Source: Candidatus Eiseniibacteriota bacterium
GTDB taxonomy: Bacteria; Eisenbacteria; RBG-16-71-46; JABDJR01; JAWXBZ01
Direction of reading: 5' to 3'
Length of the DNA: 14,596 nucleotides
NCBI GenBank assembly: GCA_034440375.1
Contig: JAWXBZ010000120.1
Span: forward strand, 1 to 14,596
The notes beneath the pieces were generated by a model. That model worked only from the letters and a program-made list of their open reading frames with translations. It did no database searches and was not told the origin of the DNA. Every line of letters starts with the position of its first letter. Positions within the stretch are counted from its first letter, which is position 1. Both the position numbers and the translations under genes were made by a program. Shown here one piece after another: positions 1 to 7,238 of this stretch.

Positions 1-726
1 GACTGCGCCCATGGCCATTCGGAGGGTGTCCTCTCCCTGGTCGAAAAGATCCGCGAGGCCTACCCGCACACCCAGCTCATCATCGGCAACGTGGCCACGC
101 GAAAAGCCGCCGAAGACCTGGTGGCGCTGGGTGTCGATGCCATCAAGGTCGGCATGGGTCCCGGCGCCTCCTGTACCACCCGCGTCGTGGCCGGCATTGG
201 CGTGCCGCAGATCACGGCCATCATGGATTGCGTGGCGGCGGCCACGCCGGCCGGCGTTCCGGTCATCGCCGACGGTGGCATCCGTTACTCCGGTGATATT
301 GTCAAGGCTCTGGCCGCCGGCGCCTCGACCGTCATGATCGGCGCCCTGTTTGCCGGCACTGAGGAGAGCCCGGGCGAGATCATTCTGCTCGAGGGGCGCT
401 CGTACAAGGTCTTCCGCGGCATGGGTTCGATGGCCGCGATGCAGGAAGGATCCGCCGACCGCTACTTCCAGGGCGGCGTGACCGATCGGAAGAAGCTGGT
501 GTCCGAAGGGATCGAAGGGCGCGTTCCGTACAAGGGGCCACTGGCGCACCTTGTCTTTCAGATGGTCGGCGGGCTGCGGGCCGGGATGGGCTACGTCGGG
601 GTAAACAATATCCCCGACCTGGCCACCAGGAGCCGGTTCATGAGGATCTCTCCGGCGGGTCTGCGCGAAAGCCACCCGCACGACGTGGCCATCACCAAGG
701 AGCCTCCGAACTACGAAGTTCGGTAA
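1..726 (+). CDS. guaB: IMP dehydrogenase, C-terminal part (5'-truncated by window)
   Basis: Frame 1 is open from base 1: DCAHGHS...IIGNVAT, catalytic loop [38 protein letters not shown], flap [26 protein letters not shown] at 724-726. The GTG at 91 in the ORF track is internal. Confidence 0.96.
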   Translation, partial: DCAHGHSEGVLSLVEKIREAYPHTQLIIGNVATRKAAEDLVALGVDAIKVGMGPGASCTTRVVAGIGVPQITAIMDCVAAATPAGVPVIADGGIRYSGDIVKALAAGASTVMIGALFAGTEESPGEIILLEGRSYKVFRGMGSMAAMQEGSADRYFQGGVTDRKKLVSEGIEGRVPYKGPLAHLVFQMVGGLRAGMGYVGVNNIPDLATRSRFMRISPAGLRESHPHDVAITKEPPNYEVR

Positions 727-737
727 AACCCCCCGAA

Positions 738-3158
738 GTGACAGCGACCCCCGGTTCCAACCGCCTGCCACGACCCCTCCTGTTTGGCATCTTCTTCATA
801 TCGATGGGGATGCTGCTTCAGGAGATCATCCTTACGCGCATTTTTTCAGTCACCATGTTCTATCACTTTGCCTTCATGGTGGTATCGATCACGCTGTTTG
901 GCATTGGCGTGTCGGGCATATGGATTTACCTGAACCCGAAGCGTTTCACCCGGGAGGCGGCCCCAGGGCAGATGGCCCGCTCGGCATTGGCCTTCGCGCT
1001 GGCCGTGCCGCTCTGCTTCATTCTGCAGCAGTTGTTACCGTCAGGGGCCGACAGCCCCCGCTGGGGGCTCCTGTATCTCGCGGCCACCTATCTCCTAATT
1101 GCCATCCCGTTCTTCCTGGGAGGCACGGCAATTTCACTGGGACTGACGCACTGGTCTGGCGGCGTGTCGACGCTCTACTTTGCCGATCTGGTCGGTGCCT
1201 CCATCGGCTGCGCACTGGTCTTTCCGGGGCTCACGTTCCTGACAGGCCCCGACATCATCATCCTGGTGGGGGTGATCGGCGCCCTGTCGGCGCTCGCGCT
1301 GGCCCAGATGGCCGGCCCCGCCGAGCGACGCTGGGCGACCCTCACCCTTGTCGCCATGACCGCGCTCCTGGTCGTCAACGCCACCGATATCTGGAGGCCG
1401 GTCAACCTGGGCTCGCGCGCCATTCAGCGGCCGGACAACGGGGAGTGGGTCCAGCCGATGGCCTTCAAGTGGAACCCGATGTCCCGTGTCCTGGCGTACA
1501 ACATCAGCAACCGGCCGGTCTTCAGGCCGGGCCACTCGCCGGACAGCACCTACTTTCCACCGGATCAGATCCTGTTCCAGCTTGATCGCAGCGCCATGAC
1601 CTGGGCCGTGCCATTCGACGGGGACTGGTCGAAAGTCGACTGGATCTATACTGACGTGTCGGTCCTGCCGCTTTTCCTGAAACCCGGTGGCAAGCTCCTG
1701 GACATCGGCTCGGGCGGCGGCCAGAACGCGCTGGCGGCGTTGGGCCTCGGCGCGACGGACATCACCTGCGTCGAGATCAATCCGACGGTGGTCGACTGGA
1801 CCCGCACGAAGTTCGACGCGATCACCGGACACATCTATACGCGACCGGAAGTGCGCGTCATCGTGGGCGACGGGCGAACCGTAACCGCGCGATCCACCGA
1901 AACGTATGACGTGATTGCCTTCGTGTCGTCGACGACGTTCACGGCCACCACCTCCGGCGCCTTCATGATGGCCGAAAACAATCTCTTCACACGTGAGGCG
2001 TTTCAGGATTACTGGGACCATCTTTCCCCGGACGGCATGCTCATGACCAGCCAGGTCATGACGAGCGATTACCCGGGCCTCATGCTGCGAATGACCGGCC
2101 TGGCCCGGGCTACACTCGAGGCCAACGGCATCACCGACCCCGCGCGCCATCTCATCGTGATCACCAAGCAGAACGATGGATACGGCGCCATGGTGGTCAA
2201 GAAATCGCCGCTGACCGACGCCGAACTTGAGATGCTGGATGCGAAGTCCGCGCAGATGGGGTGGCGGGTGCTCCACTCGCCGCGGGTCAGCAATCATCCC
2301 CAGTTCCACGAACTGATCACGACGCCGGACTTCAGCGCGTGGTTGGCAAAACAACCGCTGAACCTGTACCCGCCGACCGACGACAAGCCGTTCTTTTTCA
2401 ATCTGGTGCCGTTTTCACGACTTAACCAGACGCGGGTGGGCAACTACGACATCAAGTATGGCAAGGTGCCGGCGCAGATTCTCCTGAATCTCTTCTTCAT
2501 CGTCCTGGTGCTGACGGTTCTCTTCATCATCGTGCCGTTGTTGCTGGCCCGCCGCGCTCGTTTCGAGCACAAGCCGGGCACGCTGGCCACGCTGGGTTTC
2601 TTTGTCATGATCGGACTCGGTTTCATCATGATCGAGGTGCCACTGATGCAGCGGTTCGTGCTGTACCTCGGGCATCCCATCTACGCCATCACGACAATTC
2701 TCTTCTCGATCCTCCTCTTCAGCGGGATTGGTTCGTACCTGACGCGCTTCCTCCTGCCCGCGGATGTCGTCGGCTGGCTTCGCAAGTCGATACCACTGCT
2801 GCTGGTGCTGACGCTGGTTTACAACCTTGGTCTCGAACGTGTCTTTCGCGCCACCCTGAATCAGTCGCAGGCGATGAAGATCGGTCTTTCCATTCTATTG
2901 CTTCTGCCGCTTGGCATCCTGATGGGCATGCCGTTCCCGGCCATGATGCGGCGGGTCTCGGCCTGGAGTCCAGGCACGATTCCATGGTGCTGGGGCGTGA
3001 ATGGCGCCACCAGTGTGCTGGGCTCGGTGTCGGGCGTGATCGTGGCGCTCGCCGCCGGATTCAGCGCCTCGCTCTGGGTCGGCATGGCCGCCTACCTTGG
3101 CGCCCTCCTCTGCACGTTCGCCATCCGCGACGCCGACATCGTGACCCGCTCCAAGTAG
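738..3158 (+). CDS. Polytopic membrane protein with central spermidine-synthase-like / class I SAM-dependent transferase domain (fused MFS-like/SpeE-like architecture)
   Basis: 806 aa, GTG start 11 nt after the guaB stop. About 7 N-terminal and 6 C-terminal hydrophobic helices flank Rossmann-type motifs LLDIGSGGG, CVEINP, VGDGR, YDVI, NLFTREAF..HLSPDGML and TDDKPFFF. Confidence 0.8.
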   Translation: MTATPGSNRLPRPLLFGIFFISMGMLLQEIILTRIFSVTMFYHFAFMVVSITLFGIGVSGIWIYLNPKRFTREAAPGQMARSALAFALAVPLCFILQQLLPSGADSPRWGLLYLAATYLLIAIPFFLGGTAISLGLTHWSGGVSTLYFADLVGASIGCALVFPGLTFLTGPDIIILVGVIGALSALALAQMAGPAERRWATLTLVAMTALLVVNATDIWRPVNLGSRAIQRPDNGEWVQPMAFKWNPMSRVLAYNISNRPVFRPGHSPDSTYFPPDQILFQLDRSAMTWAVPFDGDWSKVDWIYTDVSVLPLFLKPGGKLLDIGSGGGQNALAALGLGATDITCVEINPTVVDWTRTKFDAITGHIYTRPEVRVIVGDGRTVTARSTETYDVIAFVSSTTFTATTSGAFMMAENNLFTREAFQDYWDHLSPDGMLMTSQVMTSDYPGLMLRMTGLARATLEANGITDPARHLIVITKQNDGYGAMVVKKSPLTDAELEMLDAKSAQMGWRVLHSPRVSNHPQFHELITTPDFSAWLAKQPLNLYPPTDDKPFFFNLVPFSRLNQTRVGNYDIKYGKVPAQILLNLFFIVLVLTVLFIIVPLLLARRARFEHKPGTLATLGFFVMIGLGFIMIEVPLMQRFVLYLGHPIYAITTILFSILLFSGIGSYLTRFLLPADVVGWLRKSIPLLLVLTLVYNLGLERVFRATLNQSQAMKIGLSILLLLPLGILMGMPFPAMMRRVSAWSPGTIPWCWGVNGATSVLGSVSGVIVALAAGFSASLWVGMAAYLGALLCTFAIRDADIVTRSK

Positions 3159-3191
3159 CCACCTCCCATATTCAAAAGGAGACATTCGATC

Positions 3192-3410
3192 ATGAAAATC
3201 ATCGGTTTGCTTCTGGTAGGCCTTGGCATCATCGGGCTCTTGTACGGTGGCCTCACGTACAACAAGAAAGAGAAGGTACTGGACCTTGGCGAGCTCGAGG
3301 CGTCGGTGACGACCAAGAAACGAGTGACAATTCCACCGATCGCTGGCGGAGCGGCCATTCTCGTTGGGGTGGTCCTGATCCTGATGGACCGAAAGTCACG
3401 AAGCGCCTGA
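3192..3410 (+). CDS. Small two-TM membrane protein (DUF3185-like)
   Basis: 72 aa; SD AAGGAG at 3176-3181; hydrophobic helix, then loop YNKKEKVLDLGELEAS..IPP, then a second hydrophobic helix. The family name is from memory of similar proteins. Confidence 0.75.
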   Translation: MKIIGLLLVGLGIIGLLYGGLTYNKKEKVLDLGELEASVTTKKRVTIPPIAGGAAILVGVVLILMDRKSRSA

Positions 3411-3512
3411 CGACCGAAGTGGATCAGGGACGATGCGGATGAGGCAGCCGACGGGCAGCCGATCGGACCAGCAGGGCGGTGCTGGCCGACCGACGACCCG
3501 TCGGCGAAGAAA

Positions 3513-3560
3513 GAACCTCCTCCCTCATGATGCAAGGCGAGGGACCTTGGGAGGAGGTTT
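3513..3560 (-). terminator. Probable intrinsic terminator for the minus-strand gene (possibly bidirectional)
   Basis: Perfect 11-bp inverted repeat AACCTCCTCCC (3514-3524) / GGGAGGAGGTT (3549-3559). On the minus strand it is followed by CUUUCUU, and it begins about 40 nt after the stop at 3602. The 24-nt loop is atypically large. Confidence 0.5.
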
Positions 3561-3601
3561 CGGAACCCAGGCCCGGCAGCGCCGGGTTGAGGGCTCCTAA
3601 A

Positions 3602-4474
3602 TCACAATTTTCGCTGCCGCACCCGGGAGCCGGCTGCTCGACTCTTGCCCGGGGCTTGAATCACCGGGAGATCGAGTGCGTTGTCGTCTTCGTTGAAGTG
3701 AAAATCCGGATCCAGCGCCCGGATGACGGCCGCGCTTCGGCGAACTTCCTCGAGCGACTCAGGGGTTCCCGTCCGGCGCCAGGCCAGCCAGCTGTCCAGG
3801 AAGGCGTCCTGACCCTGCTTCAGGTCCTGCCGCTCCTGTTCCTTGTTGACGTTCCGCTCCAGGTGATAGATTTCGCCCGTCGATAGCGCCTTCATGAGAT
3901 CCAGGTACTCGCCGCGCATGTGGGAGAGGACCCGGATATAGCGGTCGAATCCCACCGACAGTTTTTCCAGGACTTCCGTGATTCCCGGATGTCCACGATT
4001 GACCTGCTGGCTGTAGGACCAGGCAAAGTGGTAGTACGTTTTGCCGCGCCCCATCGACGCTTCTTCCGTGGGCTCCCCGGCCCGGTTCTTTGGCGCCTGT
4101 ACCTGGGGAAGACGATGGGCCAACCACTGCCCCGGGTTGTCGAACACCCCGATCGAGACGAGCAGAAAGTCCGCGTTCGTCTTGTAGATGACGTATTTCA
4201 GCCGCGCGTCGGTCGACCGCTCCAGTCTCTTGAATACCTCGTGGTCATAGCGGTGCAGGTACGGGCGGGCGCTCTCGACGTACTCGGGATCGCTGAACGA
4301 CTGGAGCAGGTGGGCCAGGTACACATTGACGTCCTCGTCCGCGACGTCGGTGCCTGTTTCGTTGCCCGTTTCGAGTCGGGAGTAAAGCAGGCACCGCATC
4401 ATGAACACGTAGGACGGACAAAGGCGCCGCGTGTCATCTTTCATGTCGACAAACAACTGCCGAGACGATTCCAT
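3602..4474 (-). CDS. Hypothetical soluble, largely helical protein (~290 aa)
   Basis: Protein-like sequence begins at MESSRQLF (ATG at 4474) with SD-like GAGGGAGAG 6 nt upstream (4481-4489). Motifs EDVNVYLAHLL, NADFLLVSIGVF, GRGKTYYHFA, LEKLSVGFDRYIRVL. The extra 118 codons to 4828 in the ORF track look non-coding. Confidence 0.85.
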   Translation of the reverse strand: MESSRQLFVDMKDDTRRLCPSYVFMMRCLLYSRLETGNETGTDVADEDVNVYLAHLLQSFSDPEYVESARPYLHRYDHEVFKRLERSTDARLKYVIYKTNADFLLVSIGVFDNPGQWLAHRLPQVQAPKNRAGEPTEEASMGRGKTYYHFAWSYSQQVNRGHPGITEVLEKLSVGFDRYIRVLSHMRGEYLDLMKALSTGEIYHLERNVNKEQERQDLKQGQDAFLDSWLAWRRTGTPESLEEVRRSAAVIRALDPDFHFNEDDNALDLPVIQAPGKSRAAGSRVRQRKL

Positions 4475-4550
4475 GGTCGACTCTCCCTCACGAGTCCCAG
4501 CCTGACCACCAACCCGTCTGGTCGGTGGCGCCTGCCGGTCGGCCAGATGG

Positions 4551-4565
4551 GCAAGGTGCGTGCCA
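4551..4565 (-). promoter_or_regulatory. sigma54 (RpoN) -24/-12 promoter for the 4474-3602 gene
   Basis: The minus strand reads TGGCACG-CACC-TTGC, an exact match to TGGCACG-N4-TTGC with GG-N10-GC spacing. It is correctly oriented and 76 nt upstream of the ATG. Confidence 0.75.
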
Positions 4566-4725
4566 TGCGTTGTCGGCCGATGCCCGCCCAGGCTGCAGTT
4601 TGTTGTGCCATCACACGAAAGGGCTCCTGGATGGGTCCTTCCGGCTCCACTCGCCGGTCCCCCCGGACGCTTGATTTCAGGCGATATCACCCGCGCTGGC
4701 GGGGGAATACACCCGGAAATACCGC

Positions 4726-5520
4726 ATGAAAGACTGGCCTCCCACCCGGTTCCGAGCCGCCCCAATGGCCGCCGCCGTCGTCGGCTCGATCGCGACGGCC
4801 CTGGCCACTGTCTTCTTTTTCTGGCCATGGGCGATGCCGGAGGCCTTCGCGCTCACGGGCCCCGGCGGAGCGTTTCTGCGCCTCGGACTCGCAGCACTGG
4901 TTGGCACGGGGGCCGGCTGGCTGACGTCGTGGCTGATGAGCCGGGAAACGCGACACGAATTGAGTCGGTTGCTGCCTTTACTTCAGGAGGGCTTGCCGCC
5001 GGCCGATGATGATGATGGGTCGGCGATCGGGCCGGTCGCACCGCTCGTGATGGCCGAACAGGTCGCGGCGGCGGCGCGACGCGGACGCGAGGCCTCGAAC
5101 CAGCTATCACGGCTGGAGCTGGCGCTGACAAAGCTGGCGCAGTCGCTTGGTTCGGCAGTCGAGGCGGAGACGACGTTGCCGGTCATCAATCCGGACGCTT
5201 CGTCCGCGGAGGCGGCTTTGGGTCGCGCGGTCAATGTGCTGCTCGACACCGTGAATCGCAATCGTGAGCGGACCGGAACTCTCCTGGCCGAGGTCGAGGA
5301 TCATCTCGTCCCGGTGCAGGAGGCGCTGACCGGGCTGGAATCGATTCTGACCCTGGACGGGGCACCGGCATCAGCGTTTCTGGAACGCCGACGCCTCGTG
5401 AGCCGGGCCAGGAATGCCGTGGGGCAGGTGGAACGGGAGTTGTCGGCCGTCCGACTCCGCATGGGCGGGGTGCCGGTCGTGCGCTTGACCGAGGCTGACT
5501 TCGTCGAGCCCAGTGTATGA
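4726..5520 (+). CDS. Hypothetical membrane protein: two N-terminal TM helices plus helical/coiled-coil cytoplasmic region
   Basis: 264-aa ORF (alternative ATG at 4765). TM segments AVVGSIATALATVFFFWPW and LGLAALVGTGAGWLTSWLM, followed by amphipathic L/E/R-rich helices. Its stop overlaps the SD (GAGGAG) of the next gene. Confidence 0.65.
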   Translation: MKDWPPTRFRAAPMAAAVVGSIATALATVFFFWPWAMPEAFALTGPGGAFLRLGLAALVGTGAGWLTSWLMSRETRHELSRLLPLLQEGLPPADDDDGSAIGPVAPLVMAEQVAAAARRGREASNQLSRLELALTKLAQSLGSAVEAETTLPVINPDASSAEAALGRAVNVLLDTVNRNRERTGTLLAEVEDHLVPVQEALTGLESILTLDGAPASAFLERRRLVSRARNAVGQVERELSAVRLRMGGVPVVRLTEADFVEPSV

Positions 5521-5538
5521 GGAGAGCCGTCCAAAGCC

Positions 5539-7122
5539 ATGAGCCAGGAATCGAGTCACCAATCGGCACGAAGCCGCACCGCCGAGACCATTCTCGTCGT
5601 TCACGCTGATTCGCGCCTGTGCGAACTTCTCCAGCTCACTCTGGCCAGCGCCGGTTACGAGGTCCTGGTGGCCGGGAGCGCCGAGGAGGCGCTGAGCCAT
5701 CATCGCCGCGCTCAGCCGGATCTGACCTTAATTGATCTGGCAATGGTCGGCCGGGAAGGGCAGCCCTTCTGCGAAATGCTCCAGGGACGACGCTCCTCCC
5801 GGCGCGTTCCGATGATCGTCATTTCCGATCTCTCGCCGCCCGAAACGGCCAGGCAGGGTATCGCGGTCGGCGCCGAGGATTTCCTGGTTCGGCCGTTCTC
5901 GCCACCGGAACTCCTGCTCCGTGTGCGTCAGTCCCTCAATCGACTGGCCGAATCAAGAGCGCTCTCGCTGGCCCATGAGGACCTGGACGGCATTCTTCGC
6001 CGGACTCAAGCCGATCTGGAAAGTTTGCGCCAACGAGTCCGGACGCAGAAGGGCGGACTGCAGACGTTGCTCGACTTCAATCGTCGGCTCGATCCGACCG
6101 AGGACGAGGCTGATCTCGAACAAACATGTCTCACGCAGGCGGCGCTCCTCGCGCACTCGGCGGGCGTGTGCCTTTTTCGTCTGTCCGAGGATGATGTGCT
6201 CTGGTTGAGCCCTTCCCGCTGGCAGGGAATTTCCGGAGAGGACGTCAGCGGTCTCCGGTTGCCGGTGGCCGGTGAATTCCTGGAAATTCTGGCCTCGAAC
6301 GGTGGCCCCGTCCGGCTGACCGAGTTCGAGCGGGTGCCAGGCACGTCGCTCGAAGCCGGAACGCTGTCGGCGGCCGGATTCGCCATCGCAGCGCCCCTGG
6401 TGCTGAAAGGAGAGCTTGTTGGCCTGTTGGCGCTGGGTGAGGAACCGAGGGGCGATCGCGATGCCGATCTTGAGGCCATCGGTCTCCTGGCCGGGTCCGT
6501 GGCCCATCTGCTCGAGGCCTCACGACTGCGACGGCATGATCGCGACAGGGCCATGGGGACTCTGGGTGCGCTCGTCGATCGATTGGAAGGACAGTATCCC
6601 GACCTCGCCGGTCATTCTCGTCGCGTGACACAGATGGCCCTGGCTACCGGTCGCCGGCTTCAACTTCCAAAACAGGATCTGGACGTCCTGCGCGTCGCGG
6701 GACAACTTCATGACCTTGGACGCCTCCTGAACGATACCGACATCCTGGTCCGGCCGGGACCCCTGTCCGACGAGGATTGGCTGCGCGTGCGGCGGCATCC
6801 GGGTGACGCGGCCGAAATTGCGGCGGAGGCGCACTGGCCTGATGACGTCCAGTCGGCCATCCGGCATCACCGTGAACGGTGGTCCGGTGAGGGTTATCCC
6901 GGAGGTCTTTCGAAAGATGCCATCCCCATGCACGCCCGGATCCTCGGTGCCGCAGACAGCCTGGATGCCATGACCAGTCCGCGGCCGTATCGGCAGCGGA
7001 TGGGGGATTCGGAAGCCCGACATCAACTGCTCGCCGAGTCGGGACGACGGTACGATCCGGTCGTCATCGAGGCGCTGCTCGCGGTCGATGCCGAATCCGA
7101 GGATTTGGACCTCGCTGGCTAA
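5539..7122 (+). CDS. Response-regulator-like REC + coiled coil + GAF-like + HD-GYP domain protein (c-di-GMP phosphodiesterase family, degenerate motifs)
   Basis: REC: ILVVHAD, PDLTLIDLAM, GAEDFLVRPFSPPELLLRV. GAF-like: APLVLKGELVGLLALG. HD-GYP: GHSRRV, LHDLGR, RHP, HHRERWSGEGYPGGL, ARILGAADSLDAMTSPRPYR. Confidence 0.92.
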   Translation: MSQESSHQSARSRTAETILVVHADSRLCELLQLTLASAGYEVLVAGSAEEALSHHRRAQPDLTLIDLAMVGREGQPFCEMLQGRRSSRRVPMIVISDLSPPETARQGIAVGAEDFLVRPFSPPELLLRVRQSLNRLAESRALSLAHEDLDGILRRTQADLESLRQRVRTQKGGLQTLLDFNRRLDPTEDEADLEQTCLTQAALLAHSAGVCLFRLSEDDVLWLSPSRWQGISGEDVSGLRLPVAGEFLEILASNGGPVRLTEFERVPGTSLEAGTLSAAGFAIAAPLVLKGELVGLLALGEEPRGDRDADLEAIGLLAGSVAHLLEASRLRRHDRDRAMGTLGALVDRLEGQYPDLAGHSRRVTQMALATGRRLQLPKQDLDVLRVAGQLHDLGRLLNDTDILVRPGPLSDEDWLRVRRHPGDAAEIAAEAHWPDDVQSAIRHHRERWSGEGYPGGLSKDAIPMHARILGAADSLDAMTSPRPYRQRMGDSEARHQLLAESGRRYDPVVIEALLAVDAESEDLDLAG

Positions 7123-7238
7123 GCCATTATATTGTAATCTTTTATAGGATTGGCCTGCTCGGTTGTCCGCCAGGACAATCCGTGAAAATTGACCATGCAC
7201 ACATTGACGATCGACCCTTCACGCATTGACCAAATGCG

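Noticed and set aside
1134..2354. 406-aa minus-strand ORF
   Set aside because: Antisense shadow of the 806-aa membrane gene. Long reverse ORFs are expected with high-GC codon bias, and it has no recognisable motifs.
3160..3181. Anti-SD-like CACCTCC upstream of the SD of the 72-aa gene
   Set aside because: Only about 4 bp of pairing with an 11-nt loop; too weak to support a translational switch.
4595..4610. Second sigma54-like box TGGCACAACAAACTGC on the minus strand
   Set aside because: GG-to-GC spacing is 11 rather than the required 10.
3590..4628. 9-bp direct repeat AGGGCTCCT (3590-3598 and 4620-4628) flanking the unknown gene, resembling a target-site duplication
   Set aside because: No transposase or terminal inverted repeats adjoin the copies, and a 9-mer match is plausible by chance.
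4475..4828. 118-codon N-terminal extension of the minus-strand ORF (408 aa in the track)
   Set aside because: Low-complexity R/G/P sequence that overlaps the divergent gene and runs through the sigma54 promoter; the SD supports ATG 4474.
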